The notes beneath the pieces were generated by a model. It saw nothing but the letters and a program-made list of their open reading frames with translations, did no database searches and had not been told where the DNA came from. From contig JAFEFU010000029.1 in assembly GCA_018240425.1 (NCBI GenBank), positions 9,460-73,459 on the forward strand: a stretch of 64,000 nucleotides of DNA, written 5' to 3'. Each line of letters begins with the position of its first letter. Position 1 is the first letter of the stretch. This document shows, one piece after another, positions 1 to 8,781 of the stretch. Source of the DNA: Pseudomonadota bacterium. GTDB taxonomy: Bacteria; Pseudomonadota; Alphaproteobacteria; Rhodobacterales; Rhodobacteraceae. Position numbers and translations under genes: made by a program.

Positions 1-30
1 TACCCTGCACCCCGCAGAGGGAGCCAGTCC

Positions 31-750
31 ATGCGGCTTTTCGTCGGCCTCGGAAATCCGGGGGCAAAGTACGCGGGCAACCGCCACAACGTCGGCTTCA
101 TGGCCCTTGACCGGATCGCCGCCGACCACGGCTTCCCTGCCTTCCGCGCCCGATTCCAGGGCCAGTGCAGCGAGGGCCGTCTTGGCCAGGAACGGGTGAT
201 GCTGCTGAAGCCCGAGACCTTCATGAACCTCTCGGGCCAGTCGGTCGGCGAGGCCATGCGCTACCTGAAGCTCGACCCTTCCGACGTTGTGGTGTTTCAC
301 GACGAACTGGACCTTGCCCCCTTCAAGGTCCGCCTCAAGGATGGCGGCGGCCATGCCGGGCACAATGGCCTGCGCTCGCTCCATGCCCATATCGGCGAGG
401 CCTACCGCCGGGTGCGCATCGGCATCGGCCATCCCGGCCACAAGGACCGGGTGGCCATCTACGTCCTGTCCGATTTCGCCAAGGCCGAAGTGGCTGGCCT
501 TGACGATCTGCTGACCGGGATTTCCGACGGGGCCGCCGCCCTTGCGACCGATGACGACGTGGCCTTCCTGAACGCGGTCGCCCGCCGCACCGCTCCGCCG
601 CGCCCGTCGACCGGCCGACAGGAGAGCGGCAGGAGAGAAGGCGCAGCCCCCGAGGCCGTTCCGCGCCCCGCGGCCACCGCAGCCGCAAACACCAGCCCGC
701 CCGAGGCGCCGGGTCTTCTGCAACGCCTGGCCGAGAGGTTTCGCAAATGA
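31..750 (+). CDS. pth: peptidyl-tRNA hydrolase
   Basis: 239-aa ORF. N-terminus MRLFVGLGNPG..YAGNRHNVGF and the HNGLRS segment are typical of Pth. It has a Pro/Ala-rich C-terminal extension. Confidence 0.95.
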   Translation: MRLFVGLGNPGAKYAGNRHNVGFMALDRIAADHGFPAFRARFQGQCSEGRLGQERVMLLKPETFMNLSGQSVGEAMRYLKLDPSDVVVFHDELDLAPFKVRLKDGGGHAGHNGLRSLHAHIGEAYRRVRIGIGHPGHKDRVAIYVLSDFAKAEVAGLDDLLTGISDGAAALATDDDVAFLNAVARRTAPPRPSTGRQESGRREGAAPEAVPRPAATAAANTSPPEAPGLLQRLAERFRK

Positions 751-1115
751 AGCCGGTACAGTCCGTCAATGTTCTGGGCTCCGCGCTTGCGCCCTGCTCG
801 ACCGCGCCGATGACCGGCTTCTTCCGCGACGGGCACTGCAACACCTGCGCCGAGGATCAGGGCAGCCACACCGTCTGCGTGACAGTCACCGCCGAGTTCC
901 TCGCGCTGTCGAAATACCTCGGCAACGATCTCTCGACCCCGCGGCCCGAATACCGCTTTCCCGGCCTGAAGCCCGGCGACCGCTGGTGCCTGTGCGCGGC
1001 GCGGTTCCTTCAGGCCCATGCCGAAGGCTGCGCGCCCAGGGTCAACCTTGCCGCGACCCATGCCCGCGCGCTCGAGATCGTGCCGCTCGACCTGTTGCGG
1101 GCCTGCGCCGGCTAG
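747..1115 (+). CDS. DUF2237 family protein
   Basis: 122-aa ORF overlapping the pth stop (ATGA). Motifs NVLGSALAPCST..TGFFRDGHCNT..DQGSHTVC..GNDLSTPRPE..GLKPGDRWCLCAARF are characteristic of DUF2237. Confidence 0.85.
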   Translation: MKPVQSVNVLGSALAPCSTAPMTGFFRDGHCNTCAEDQGSHTVCVTVTAEFLALSKYLGNDLSTPRPEYRFPGLKPGDRWCLCAARFLQAHAEGCAPRVNLAATHARALEIVPLDLLRACAG

Positions 1116-1274
1116 ATCAGTTTGCAATTTATCTGACGCAGCGCTAGCCCCGTCCGGTCGCCCAAAGCGACCGGGCCGCGCCGGCCCGCCCCCACGGGGC
1201 GGCGCGATGGCGCCACCCCGCGGGCCGACGCGGCCCTTGGTTGCGCCCGTGATTCACATATAAAGCAAACAGTT

Positions 1275-1799
1275 CTAGCCTGACGCCCGACGGGCGGCCT
1301 CGGCCATCGGTGCCGGCGGGCCATCGTCCATCAGATCCTCGATGAACAGGCTGAGCAACTGCGGGCGCCCGCTGACCCCGGCCTTGCGGTAGATGGCGTT
1401 GGTCTGGGCCTTGACCGTGCCTTCCGCGGTCCTGCGCAGGCTGGCGATTTCGGCGGTGCTCATCCCCTTGATCGCGAACAGCGCCACATCGCGCTCTGAG
1501 GGCGTCAGTTCCCAGTTGGTGAAGCGCTCCTCGAGCAGGTCCATGAAGGCCCCCGAGGCGCGGCGCAGCTTTTCCTCGGCGCGCTGACGTTCCTTCCAGA
1601 AGCGATGCAGCGCCACCGCGCCAAGCACCACCCCGAGGACGAGGCCGAGCGCGGCGCCGATCTCGATATACTCGCGGGTCTGCCAGGCAATCGGATGCGA
1701 GCGGATGCCCAGAACCGAAAACAGGATGTCAGATACGAAAAAGAAGGCGCAGACCGCCTGCACCATCAGGATGGCAAGAACCACAAGACTAGCACGCAT
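1275..1799 (-). CDS. membrane-anchored LuxR/GerE-family HTH transcriptional regulator (two N-terminal TM helices, no sensor domain)
   Basis: C-terminal LTPSERDVALFAIKGMSTAEIA..TVKAQTNAIYRKAGV is a GerE-type HTH. The N-terminus has two hydrophobic helices (LVVLAILMVQAVCAFFFV, IGAALGLVLGVVLGAVAL). The track ORF begins at a TTG (1826); the ATG at 1799 (MRASLVV) is preferred. Confidence 0.8.
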   Translation of the reverse strand: MRASLVVLAILMVQAVCAFFFVSDILFSVLGIRSHPIAWQTREYIEIGAALGLVLGVVLGAVALHRFWKERQRAEEKLRRASGAFMDLLEERFTNWELTPSERDVALFAIKGMSTAEIASLRRTAEGTVKAQTNAIYRKAGVSGRPQLLSLFIEDLMDDGPPAPMAEAARRASG

Positions 1800-1834
1800 G
1801 GACTGCCATCCTGCCCGCCGGATCAACGCTCGCC

Positions 1835-2374
1835 TCAGCCATCATCCGACCCGCCACCACCCGAACCGCCACCCGAACCACCGTGCCCCGACCCGCCGGA
1901 ACCGCTGCCGCCAGAGCCGCTGCCGCCAGAGCCGCTGCCGCCGGAACCGCCAGAACCGCTGCCCGAACCACCGGAACTGCCGCCAGAGCCGCCCGGCGTC
2001 GAACCGGAGCCGTTCGACCCCGAGCTGCTGCTGCCCTTGCCCGAGTTTGACCCGCTGGAACTGTTGTCGTCGGGTTCGGTTGCGTCCAGCGGTTCGGGAA
2101 CAGATCCCGAGGCAGCGGCGCCTCCCGCCCGCGGCTGCCAGTAGTCGCGCAATATCTCGCCGGTTGCCGGATTGACGATGATTTCCCGATCGAAAGCGCG
2201 GTTGTGGGTAACGATCCGCGTCCGGCCCAGCAATGTCCGGCTGACCTCGACATCGACATAGCCCTGATGGGTGAGGTCGGCCAGAATCGCGTCGACCAGG
2301 CTGTCCGGCCAGGCCGGACCGGCCAGCAGCACCCCTGCCAGGCCTGCGGCCATCCGCAAATTCCTGATCTTCAT
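1835..2374 (-). CDS. secreted PepSY-domain protein with long Gly/Ser-rich C-terminal tail
   Basis: Signal-peptide-like MKIRNLRMAAGLAGVLLAGPAWP. PepSY-like core LTHQGYVDVEVSRTLLGRTRIVTHN..REIIVNPATGEILRDYW. The tail is GGSGGSSGGSGSGSGGSGGSG...GHGGSGGGSGGGGSDDG. The start was moved to the ATG at 2374. Confidence 0.7.
   Translation of the reverse strand: MKIRNLRMAAGLAGVLLAGPAWPDSLVDAILADLTHQGYVDVEVSRTLLGRTRIVTHNRAFDREIIVNPATGEILRDYWQPRAGGAAASGSVPEPLDATEPDDNSSSGSNSGKGSSSSGSNGSGSTPGGSGGSSGGSGSGSGGSGGSGSGGSGSGGSGSGGSGHGGSGGGSGGGGSDDG
1902..1946 (-). repeat. 15-nt in-frame tandem repeat (2 identical copies ccgctgccgccagag plus 1 degenerate copy)
   Basis: Read directly: 1902-1916 equals 1917-1931, and 1932-1946 differs at 3 positions. 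The repeat encodes GSGGS-type units of the Gly/Ser tail. Confidence 0.85.
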
Positions 2375-2449
2375 CTTTGCGCCCATTCCCCTCGCGGGCT
2401 CCGGCCCCGGCAATCAACTATTTGCCAGAACCGGGCCCGCGGCAAGCCA

Positions 2450-2863
2450 TCAGCCGGAATTCCCGCCACCGTGGCCGCTGTTGCCACCTCCGCCGCCGCC
2501 GTCATGGCCGGAACTGCCGCCGTGATCGTCGCCGCCGCCATCGTCACTGCCGCCGCGGTCGCCGCCGTTGTCGTCGCCCGGCTCGCTGCCATCGTTGCCG
2601 TTGTCGTCGCCCACCTCCGGGCTGTCGTCGAGGCCCGAGGTCTCCGACTTGACCTGACGGCCGGTGGCGTTGTCGATCGTCACCTCGACCTTCTGCGTGC
2701 CGTTCGTCGCCTCGATCTTCGACGTCGTTACCCCACGGCTGATCTCGATCTTGGTGAAGCCCTGGCTGGCCAGGGCCTGGGCCGCGGCGTCAACCGCGCT
2801 TTGGGCCAGGGCCGCGCTGCCCGTCAGGGCAAGCAGGGCCAGGGCAATGGCTGTCCGTTTCAT
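2450..2863 (-). CDS. secreted PepSY-domain protein with Gly/Asp/His-rich tail
   Basis: GGAG lies 7 nt upstream of the ATG at 2863. Signal peptide MKRTAIALALLALTGSAALA. PepSY-like core LASQGFTKIEISRGVTTSKIEATNGTQKVEVTIDNATGRQV. Tail: DDNGNDGSEPGDDNGGDRGGSDDGGGDDHGGSSGHDGGGGGGNSGHGGGNSG. Confidence 0.7.
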   Translation of the reverse strand: MKRTAIALALLALTGSAALAQSAVDAAAQALASQGFTKIEISRGVTTSKIEATNGTQKVEVTIDNATGRQVKSETSGLDDSPEVGDDNGNDGSEPGDDNGGDRGGSDDGGGDDHGGSSGHDGGGGGGNSGHGGGNSG

Positions 2864-2920
2864 GTTCCACTCCATCCGTTTCTGTGGCGGGGCGCCCCGG
2901 AAGGCGCCCCATGTCCGGTT

Positions 2921-3118
2921 TCACTTGTGGCCCCGGCCATGATGGCCGCGGTCATCGCCCGCCGGGTCGTCGGCGCCATGGCGGGCCAGGACATCGACCT
3001 GGCCGGCAAGCGGCGCGAACATCCTGGTGGCCGATTGGCTGTCCACGGACAGCGGGCTGGCTTGCGCGATGGTGCCAAGGGCAAGAAGGACACCGGAAAG
3101 AAGGACAAGGCGTTTCAT
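2921..3118 (-). CDS. small secreted protein with Asp/His-rich C-terminus
   Basis: 65-aa ORF with AGGAG 7 nt upstream of the ATG. Signal peptide MKRLVLLSGVLLALGTIAQA. C-terminus HGADDPAGDDRGHHGRGHK. Confidence 0.55.
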   Translation of the reverse strand: MKRLVLLSGVLLALGTIAQASPLSVDSQSATRMFAPLAGQVDVLARHGADDPAGDDRGHHGRGHK

Positions 3119-3291
3119 GTCGTTGCTCCTACATGCAAGCGCCGCTTGTCGACGCAGACACAGGACAGCCGACCGGATCGCCGAAGCAAATTGGCCTGGG
3201 GTTTAACCGCCGGGGTCTAAACCCCCAGCCAGTGCGCCTAAACGCAGGTTTATCGGCGCCGCCACCCTGACAGGACGCGCCCGAAAGACCA

Positions 3292-3321
3292 GGGGCGCGG
3301 CCTTTCGACCGCGCCCCTTTT
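3292..3321 (-). terminator. GC-rich hairpin directly downstream of the 3338-3751 gene (possibly bidirectional)
   Basis: ggggcgcgg (3292-3300) pairs with ccgcgcccc (3309-3317) around an 8-nt loop. A TTTT run follows on the plus strand, and a weaker TGGTCTTTC follows on the minus strand. The hairpin starts 17 nt past the stop codon of the minus-strand gene. Confidence 0.5.
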
Positions 3322-3337
3322 CGAAACTCTGGCAGGC

Positions 3338-3751
3338 TTACTTGGTGGCGCCGCCATCACCGCCACCGTCACCGCCGCCGTCGCCACCGTGGTCGCCGCC
3401 GTCGCCACCGTGGTCGCCGCCGCCGTCACCGCCGCCTTCGCCGCCGCTGTGCTCGCCGTCGCCGCCCTGGTCGCCGCCGTGATCGTCGCCGTTCTCGGCG
3501 CCCTGGTCACCACCCTTGTCGTCGCCGTTCTCGGCGCCCTGGTCGCCGCCCTTGCCATCACCGTTCTCGGTGCCCTGGTCGCCGCCCTGGTTGTCGCCGT
3601 TCTCGACGCCGCTGCCCTCGGTGCCGCAGCCGCCGTCGGCCGAGCAGCTCTGCTCGGAGCCGGTCTTTCCATCGGAGCCCTGCTTCTGCTCGGCCATCGC
3701 ATAACCGCCGACCAGCGCCAGCGCCGTCGCCAGGATCAAGGAATATTTCAT
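3338..3751 (-). CDS. secreted Gly/Asp-rich repeat protein (four ENGDxxGGDQGx units plus GDHGGDGG units)
   Basis: GAGGA lies 8 nt upstream of the ATG at 3751. Signal peptide MKYSLILATALALVGGYAMA. The mature part is almost entirely G/D/E/N/Q/H, with 12-aa and 7-aa repeats. Confidence 0.65.
   Translation of the reverse strand: MKYSLILATALALVGGYAMAEQKQGSDGKTGSEQSCSADGGCGTEGSGVENGDNQGGDQGTENGDGKGGDQGAENGDDKGGDQGAENGDDHGGDQGGDGEHSGGEGGGDGGGDHGGDGGDHGGDGGGDGGGDGGATK
3374..3415 (-). repeat. 21-nt perfect tandem duplication (gccgccgtcgccaccgtggtc x2)
   Basis: 3374-3394 and 3395-3415 are identical. Each copy encodes DHGGDGG on the minus strand. Confidence 0.9.
3485..3610 (-). repeat. 36-nt in-frame tandem repeat, 3 full copies plus 1 partial copy
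   Basis: Units 3485-3520, 3521-3556 and 3557-3592 differ at a few positions. A partial fourth copy starts at 3593. They encode the ENGDxxGGDQGx units. Confidence 0.85.
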
Positions 3752-4105
3752 GGTTTCGTCCTCATCATTTGTGTTCGACAAGTGACAGGTCCGACCGGAC
3801 GGGCACTTCGCAGAAACCTCTGGATGCCCGGCAGGATCGCTGCCCGATTGCAGACCGCTGCTTGCGACCTGAGGGGAACTTACGGGCAGACCTGCGGCCA
3901 GAATATGGTGCCGGGTCCGGGTCGGCGGGAAGGCGCCACGGGGATTTGCCGCCTTTTCCGTCCCATCGCCACAAAATTATTTGGCGACTTGCCCTTAACC
4001 CTTGGCAAGAACCCGCCCTTTTTCCGGGGCAGACGCCGGCCGGAGACCCGCGGCTGCCCGGGCCGGGCACGGGGGGGTGCGAATCAATCCGCGGCCCGGG
4101 GCGAA

Positions 4106-5344
4106 TCACCCCTGGATCTTCATGTCGAATCCGAGGTGCCTTGCCACCGTGAAGATGTCCTTGTCGCCGCGCCCGCACATGTTCATGACGATGATATGGT
4201 CCTTCGGCAGCTTGGGCGCGATCTTCATCACATGGGCCAGCGCATGGCTGGGCTCGAGCGCCGGGATGATCCCTTCCAGCTTGCAGCACAGCTGGAACGC
4301 CTCCAGCGCCTCGGCGTCGGTGATGCTGACATACTGCGCGCGTCCGGTGTCGTGCAGCCACGAATGTTCCGGCCCGATGCCGGGATAGTCGAGACCGGCC
4401 GAGATCGAGAAGCCTTCGAGGATCTGCCCGTCCGCGTCCTGCAGCAGATAGGTGCGGTTCCCGTGCAGCACACCGGGCCGCCCGCCGGTGAGGGAGGCGC
4501 AATGCTGCATCCGCTCGTCCACACCCTTGCCGCCGGCCTCGACGCCGATGATCCGAACCGACTTGTCGTCAAGGAACGGATGGAACAGCCCCATCGCGTT
4601 CGACCCGCCGCCAATCGCCGCCACCACCGTGTCGGGCAGGCGGCCCTTGCCTTCCTGTTCCTCAAGCTGCCAGCGCACCTCACGCCCGATGATCGACTGG
4701 AAATCCCGCACCATCGCCGGATAGGGATGCGGCCCCGCCACCGTGCCGATGCAGTAGAACGTGTCGCGCACGTTCGTCACCCAGTCGCGCAAGGCGTCGT
4801 TCATCGCGTCCTTCAGCGTGCCGCGCCCAGAGGTGACGGGGTGCACCTCGGCCCCGAGCAGCCGCATGCGGAACACGTTCGGTGCCTGCCGCTCGACATC
4901 ATGCGCGCCCATGTAGACCACGCACTTCAACCCGAACTTGGCGCAGACCGTGGCCGTCGCCACCCCGTGCTGGCCCGCCCCGGTCTCGGCGATGATCCTT
5001 GTCTTGCCCATGCGGCGGGCGAGGATGATCTGGCCCAGCACGTTGTTGATCTTGTGGGCGCCGGTGTGGTTCAGCTCGTCGCGCTTCATGTAGACCTTGG
5101 CGCCGCCCAGATGCGCCGTCAGCCGCGAGGCGTGATACAGGGGCGAGGGGCGGCCGACGTAGTGCTTCCACAGGTCGTCCATCTCGGCCCAGAAGGTCGG
5201 GTCGGTCTTGGCGTGTTCGTACCGCTCTTCAAGGTCGAGGATCAGCGGCATCAGCGTCTCGGAAACGAACCGCCCGCCGAAATCGCCGAAGCGGCCGTTC
5301 TCGTCCGGCCCGGTCATGAAGCTGTTGATGAGATCCTCGGCCAT
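4106..5344 (-). CDS. trpB: tryptophan synthase beta chain
   Basis: 412-aa ORF with [28 protein letters not shown] and GGGSNAMG motifs. Confidence 0.97.
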   Translation of the reverse strand: MAEDLINSFMTGPDENGRFGDFGGRFVSETLMPLILDLEERYEHAKTDPTFWAEMDDLWKHYVGRPSPLYHASRLTAHLGGAKVYMKRDELNHTGAHKINNVLGQIILARRMGKTRIIAETGAGQHGVATATVCAKFGLKCVVYMGAHDVERQAPNVFRMRLLGAEVHPVTSGRGTLKDAMNDALRDWVTNVRDTFYCIGTVAGPHPYPAMVRDFQSIIGREVRWQLEEQEGKGRLPDTVVAAIGGGSNAMGLFHPFLDDKSVRIIGVEAGGKGVDERMQHCASLTGGRPGVLHGNRTYLLQDADGQILEGFSISAGLDYPGIGPEHSWLHDTGRAQYVSITDAEALEAFQLCCKLEGIIPALEPSHALAHVMKIAPKLPKDHIIVMNMCGRGDKDIFTVARHLGFDMKIQG

Positions 5345-5345
5345 G

Positions 5346-5987
5346 TCACTTCCCCTGTGCGGCGGCGACGAAGGCCGCGATCAGCCCGCTATCCTTGATT
5401 CCCGGCGCGGTTTCAACGCCCGACGACACATCGACCTGCCGGGCATTGGTGGACCGCACCGCCAGCGCCACGTTGCCGGGTGTGAGCCCCCCGGCCAGCA
5501 TCCAGGGCCGCCGCCAGACCCGGCCCAGAAGCAGCGTCCAGTCGAAGGCAAGGCCGTTGCCGCCCGGCAGCGCCGCGCCCTTCGGAGGCTTCGCGTCGAC
5601 CAGGATCTGGTCGGCCACGCCCTGATAGAGATCCAGCGCTGCAAGGTCGGCGCGTTCGGACAGGCCCACCGCTTTCATCACCGGCAGCCCGTAGCGCGCC
5701 TTGACCTCGGCCACCCGCGCCGGGCTTTCCTTCCCGTGCAGCTGCAGCATGTCGAGAGGAACCGCCTCGGTGATCGCGTCCAGCTCGGCATCGGTGGCAT
5801 CGACGGTCAGGGCCACCTTGGCCACGCCCTGCGGCACCGTCAGGGCAAGCGCGCCGGCGTCGTCCAGCGCCAGATGGCGCGGCGAGCGGGCGAAGAAGAC
5901 GAACCCGACATAGGCCGCGCCGGCCCGCGCCGCCGCCTCGACATGGGCCGCCTCGCGCAGCCCGCAGATCTTCACACGCGTGTCCAT
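5346..5987 (-). CDS. trpF: phosphoribosylanthranilate isomerase
   Basis: 213-aa ORF starting VKICGL and ending in DVSSGVE..PGIKD. It sits immediately upstream of trpB with a 1-nt gap. Confidence 0.93.
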   Translation of the reverse strand: MDTRVKICGLREAAHVEAAARAGAAYVGFVFFARSPRHLALDDAGALALTVPQGVAKVALTVDATDAELDAITEAVPLDMLQLHGKESPARVAEVKARYGLPVMKAVGLSERADLAALDLYQGVADQILVDAKPPKGAALPGGNGLAFDWTLLLGRVWRRPWMLAGGLTPGNVALAVRSTNARQVDVSSGVETAPGIKDSGLIAAFVAAAQGK

Positions 5988-6044
5988 TTTCCCGACTTAA
6001 GCCCGGATCGCCCCACTGCATAGCCTTGCGCGGAAAATTCCGGC

Positions 6045-6404
6045 TCAGCCGCCCTTGGGCTTGCCGTCGAGCAGTGACAGAACCTCGTCGGCGGGGGCCT
6101 TCTGCCCGCCCAGCCTGGCCACTTCCCTTTCCAGCCGGCCGACCTGCCGGCGATGGGCCTTCGCATCGCTGCGATGCCGCGACTCGCGCAGCCATTCCCA
6201 GACGAAGCCAAGCGCCAGTCCGGCCAGCATCGCCGCGAAGATGACCAGGAACAGCGGCATCTGCAGCCGCCAGCCGATGCCCAGGAAACGGTCCATCTCG
6301 GGCGGCAGCAGGCTCAGCACCACCGGTTCGCGGTTGGCCCCGGCAAGGGTCAGAAGCACGATCGCCAGGACCAGCAGGAAGAGATAGCGCGCCCAGCGGA
6401 TCAT
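6045..6404 (-). CDS. lapA: LapA-family (DUF1049) inner membrane protein
   Basis: 119-aa ORF with two TM helices and a basic coiled C-terminus. It occupies the conserved position downstream of ihfB. Confidence 0.8.
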   Translation of the reverse strand: MIRWARYLFLLVLAIVLLTLAGANREPVVLSLLPPEMDRFLGIGWRLQMPLFLVIFAAMLAGLALGFVWEWLRESRHRSDAKAHRRQVGRLEREVARLGGQKAPADEVLSLLDGKPKGG

Positions 6405-6414
6405 CGGTTCCCCG

Positions 6415-6696
6415 TCACTCGCCGTTCAGGCGGTCGCGCAAGAGCTTGCCGGTCTTGAAGAAGGGCACATGCTTCTGCTCGACGCTGACCGCCTCGCCGG
6501 TGCGCGGGTTGCGCCCGGCGCGGGCGTCGCGCTTCTTCACCGAGAAAGCGCCAAACCCGCGCAGTTCCACCCGGTCGCCGCGGGCCATCGCCTCGATGAT
6601 CTCCTCGAAGATCGTGTTGACGATCCTTTCCACGTCCCGCTGAAACAGGTGCGGGTTCTCGTCTGAAAGCTTCTGAATAAGTTCGGACCGGATCAT
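6415..6696 (-). CDS. ihfB: integration host factor subunit beta
   Basis: 93-aa [14 protein letters not shown]...[25 protein letters not shown], a classic HU/IHF fold sequence. Confidence 0.95.
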   Translation of the reverse strand: MIRSELIQKLSDENPHLFQRDVERIVNTIFEEIIEAMARGDRVELRGFGAFSVKKRDARAGRNPRTGEAVSVEQKHVPFFKTGKLLRDRLNGE

Positions 6697-6926
6697 TCAT
6701 CCCCCCTGTGACGGCATCATTGTGCCGTCCTCACTTTTCTTCGGGCGGACTATAGGGCCATTTCGGCCGGCGACAAACAGGAAACCCATTGTAAAGGCGC
6801 GGTTTTCCCCGTGAATTCGCGGCGGGCCGCGGGCAGGGCGGCTGCCGCACCCCTGTCGCGGCGCAGCAAAAGCCCGCCGCCGTGCAGAAATCGCCCCGCG
6901 GCGCGAATCGCCCCCGGGCAAAGCAA

Positions 6927-6954
6927 GACCCCGTCCGGCGGACCGGGCGGGGTC
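6927..6954 (-). terminator. putative intrinsic terminator of rpsA
   Basis: The hairpin gaccccg...cggggtc (6927-6954) starts 22 nt past the rpsA stop. On the minus strand it is followed by TTGCTTTGCC. Confidence 0.45.
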
Positions 6955-6975
6955 TGGATCGGCTGTGCCTTGCGC

Positions 6976-8655
6976 TTACTGCTTGGCCTTCAGCGCGGCA
7001 CCGAGGATGTCGCCGAGGCTCGCACCGGAATCCGACGAGCCATACTGTTCGACGGCTTCCTTCTCTTCGGCGATCTCGCGCGCCTTGATCGACAGACCCA
7101 GCTTGCGGGTCTTCGAATCGACGTTGGTGACGCGGACATCGACGTGATCGCCCTTCTGGAAGCGCTCGGGGCGCTGTTCGGCGCGGTCGCGTGACAGGTC
7201 GGACCGGCGGATGAAGGACTTCATGCCGTTGTAGTCCACCTCGATCCCGCCATCCTCGACGGCGGTGACGGTCACGGTGATGACCGAGCCGCGCTTGACC
7301 CCGTCGACCGCGTCCGAGAACGTGTCGGCGTCGAGCGACTTGATCGACAGCGAGATGCGCTCCTTCTCGACATCCACTTCGGTGACGGCGGCCTTGACCA
7401 CGTCGCCCTTGCGGTAGTTCTGGATCGCATCCTCGCCGCGCTGGTCCCAGGACAGGTCCGACAGGTGCACCATGCCGTCGATGTCGTTGTCGAGGCCGAC
7501 GAACAGACCGAATTCGGTGATGTTCTTGACCTCGCCCTCGATGACCGTGCCTTCCGGGTGGGTCTCGGCGAAGACTTCCCACGGGTTGCGCATGGTCTGC
7601 TTCAGGCCCAGCGACACGCGACGCTTGGCGCTGTCAATCTCCAGCACCATGACGTCCACCTCTTGCGAGGTCGAGACGATCTTGCCGGGATGCACGTTCT
7701 TCTTGGTCCAGGACATTTCCGAGACGTGCACCAGGCCCTCGACGCCGGCCTCAAGCTCGACGAACGCGCCGTAGTCGGTGATGTTGGTGACGCGCCCGTG
7801 GTGGACCGAGCCGATCGGGAAGCGGCTTTCGACCGAATCCCACGGGTCGGACTGGAGCTGCTTCATGCCCAGGCTGATGCGGTGGGTTTCCTTGTTGATC
7901 TTGATGACCTGAACCTTGACGGTCTCGCCGATCGACAGGATTTCCGACGGATGGTTGACGCGGCGCCAGGCCATGTCAGTGACATGGAGCAGGCCGTCCA
8001 CGCCGCCCAGATCGACGAACGCACCATATTCGGTGATGTTCTTGACCACGCCATCCACCACCTGACCCTCGGACAGGCTGCCGATGACCTCGGCGCGCTG
8101 CTCGGCGCGGCTCTCCTCGAGGATCGCGCGGCGCGAGACGACGATGTTGCCGCGGCGGCGGTCCATCTTGAGGATCTGGAAGGGCTGCTTCATGCCCATC
8201 AGCGGACCGGCGTCGCGCACCGGGCGCACGTCGACCTGGCTGCCGGGAAGGAAGGCGACCGCGCCGCCCAGATCGACCGTGAAGCCGCCCTTGACCCGGC
8301 CGAAGATGGCGCCATCGACGCGCTCCTCGGCGGCATAGGCTTTCTCCAGACGGTCCCAGGCTTCCTCGCGGCGGGCCTTCTCGCGGCTGATGACCGCTTC
8401 ACCGCGGGCGTTCTCCACGCGATCCAGATAGACCTCGACCTCGTCGCCCACGTTGACGTTGGGCTGTTCGCCGGGGTTCGCGAATTCCTTGAGATCGATG
8501 CGGCCTTCCATCTTGTAGCCGACATCGATGATGGCCTGGCCCGCCTCGATGGCGATGACCTTGCCCTTGACGACCGAACCCTCTTCGGGGGTATCGATCT
8601 CGAAGCTTTCCTTCAGGAGGGCTTCGAATTCGTCCATGGTAGCTTTAGCGCACAT
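6976..8655 (-). CDS. rpsA: 30S ribosomal protein S1
   Basis: 559-aa ORF with six S1 repeats (GKV..I...G.FVD.GG..GL.H.S). The start could be the second Met at 8637. Confidence 0.97.
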   Translation of the reverse strand: MCAKATMDEFEALLKESFEIDTPEEGSVVKGKVIAIEAGQAIIDVGYKMEGRIDLKEFANPGEQPNVNVGDEVEVYLDRVENARGEAVISREKARREEAWDRLEKAYAAEERVDGAIFGRVKGGFTVDLGGAVAFLPGSQVDVRPVRDAGPLMGMKQPFQILKMDRRRGNIVVSRRAILEESRAEQRAEVIGSLSEGQVVDGVVKNITEYGAFVDLGGVDGLLHVTDMAWRRVNHPSEILSIGETVKVQVIKINKETHRISLGMKQLQSDPWDSVESRFPIGSVHHGRVTNITDYGAFVELEAGVEGLVHVSEMSWTKKNVHPGKIVSTSQEVDVMVLEIDSAKRRVSLGLKQTMRNPWEVFAETHPEGTVIEGEVKNITEFGLFVGLDNDIDGMVHLSDLSWDQRGEDAIQNYRKGDVVKAAVTEVDVEKERISLSIKSLDADTFSDAVDGVKRGSVITVTVTAVEDGGIEVDYNGMKSFIRRSDLSRDRAEQRPERFQKGDHVDVRVTNVDSKTRKLGLSIKAREIAEEKEAVEQYGSSDSGASLGDILGAALKAKQ

Positions 8656-8781
8656 GCGTGTTCAGTTCCTTTTCATCGGGTTGTTGCTGGCCAAGCGGTT
8701 GGCTCCGCCGGTCTGTGGTTCAAATGCCCAACCGGGCCTCGGCAGCGCCGGACCCGTCGGACCGCGACCGTATAGGCGTGT

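Noticed and set aside
1605-2175. Plus-strand Pro/Glu-rich ORFs (PPEPLPPEPLPPEP...) opposite the Gly/Ser-tail gene
   Set aside because: The minus-strand reading has a Shine-Dalgarno, a signal peptide and a PepSY-like domain. The plus-strand frames have none of these and are the complement of the GGS repeats.
3374-3610. Tandem repeats considered as a possible CRISPR-like or minisatellite array
   Set aside because: The units are directly adjacent with no spacers, are 21 and 36 nt long, and lie in frame within a coding region. No cas genes are present. They are coding tandem repeats, not CRISPR.
3782-4105. 324-nt non-coding gap between the G/D-repeat gene and trpB, screened for a riboswitch or sRNA
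   Set aside because: I saw only generic GC-rich hairpins and one cttgcc-N10-ggcaag inverted repeat (about 3988-4009). No known RNA motif was recognised and no terminator-like 3-prime end supports an sRNA call.
3389-5398. 669-aa plus-strand ORF across the G/D-repeat gene and trpB
   Set aside because: It is antisense to trpB, which is unambiguous, and to the secreted repeat gene. The translation is low-complexity.
8700-8735. ggttcaaatgccc resembling a tRNA T-arm
   Set aside because: The flanking bases cannot form the T stem (GTGG versus GCCC), and no acceptor or anticodon arms could be built. The sequence lies in the rpsA leader.
7465-8775. 436-aa plus-strand ORF
   Set aside because: It is antisense to rpsA, and its Asp/Leu/Ala-rich translation mirrors the S1 repeats.
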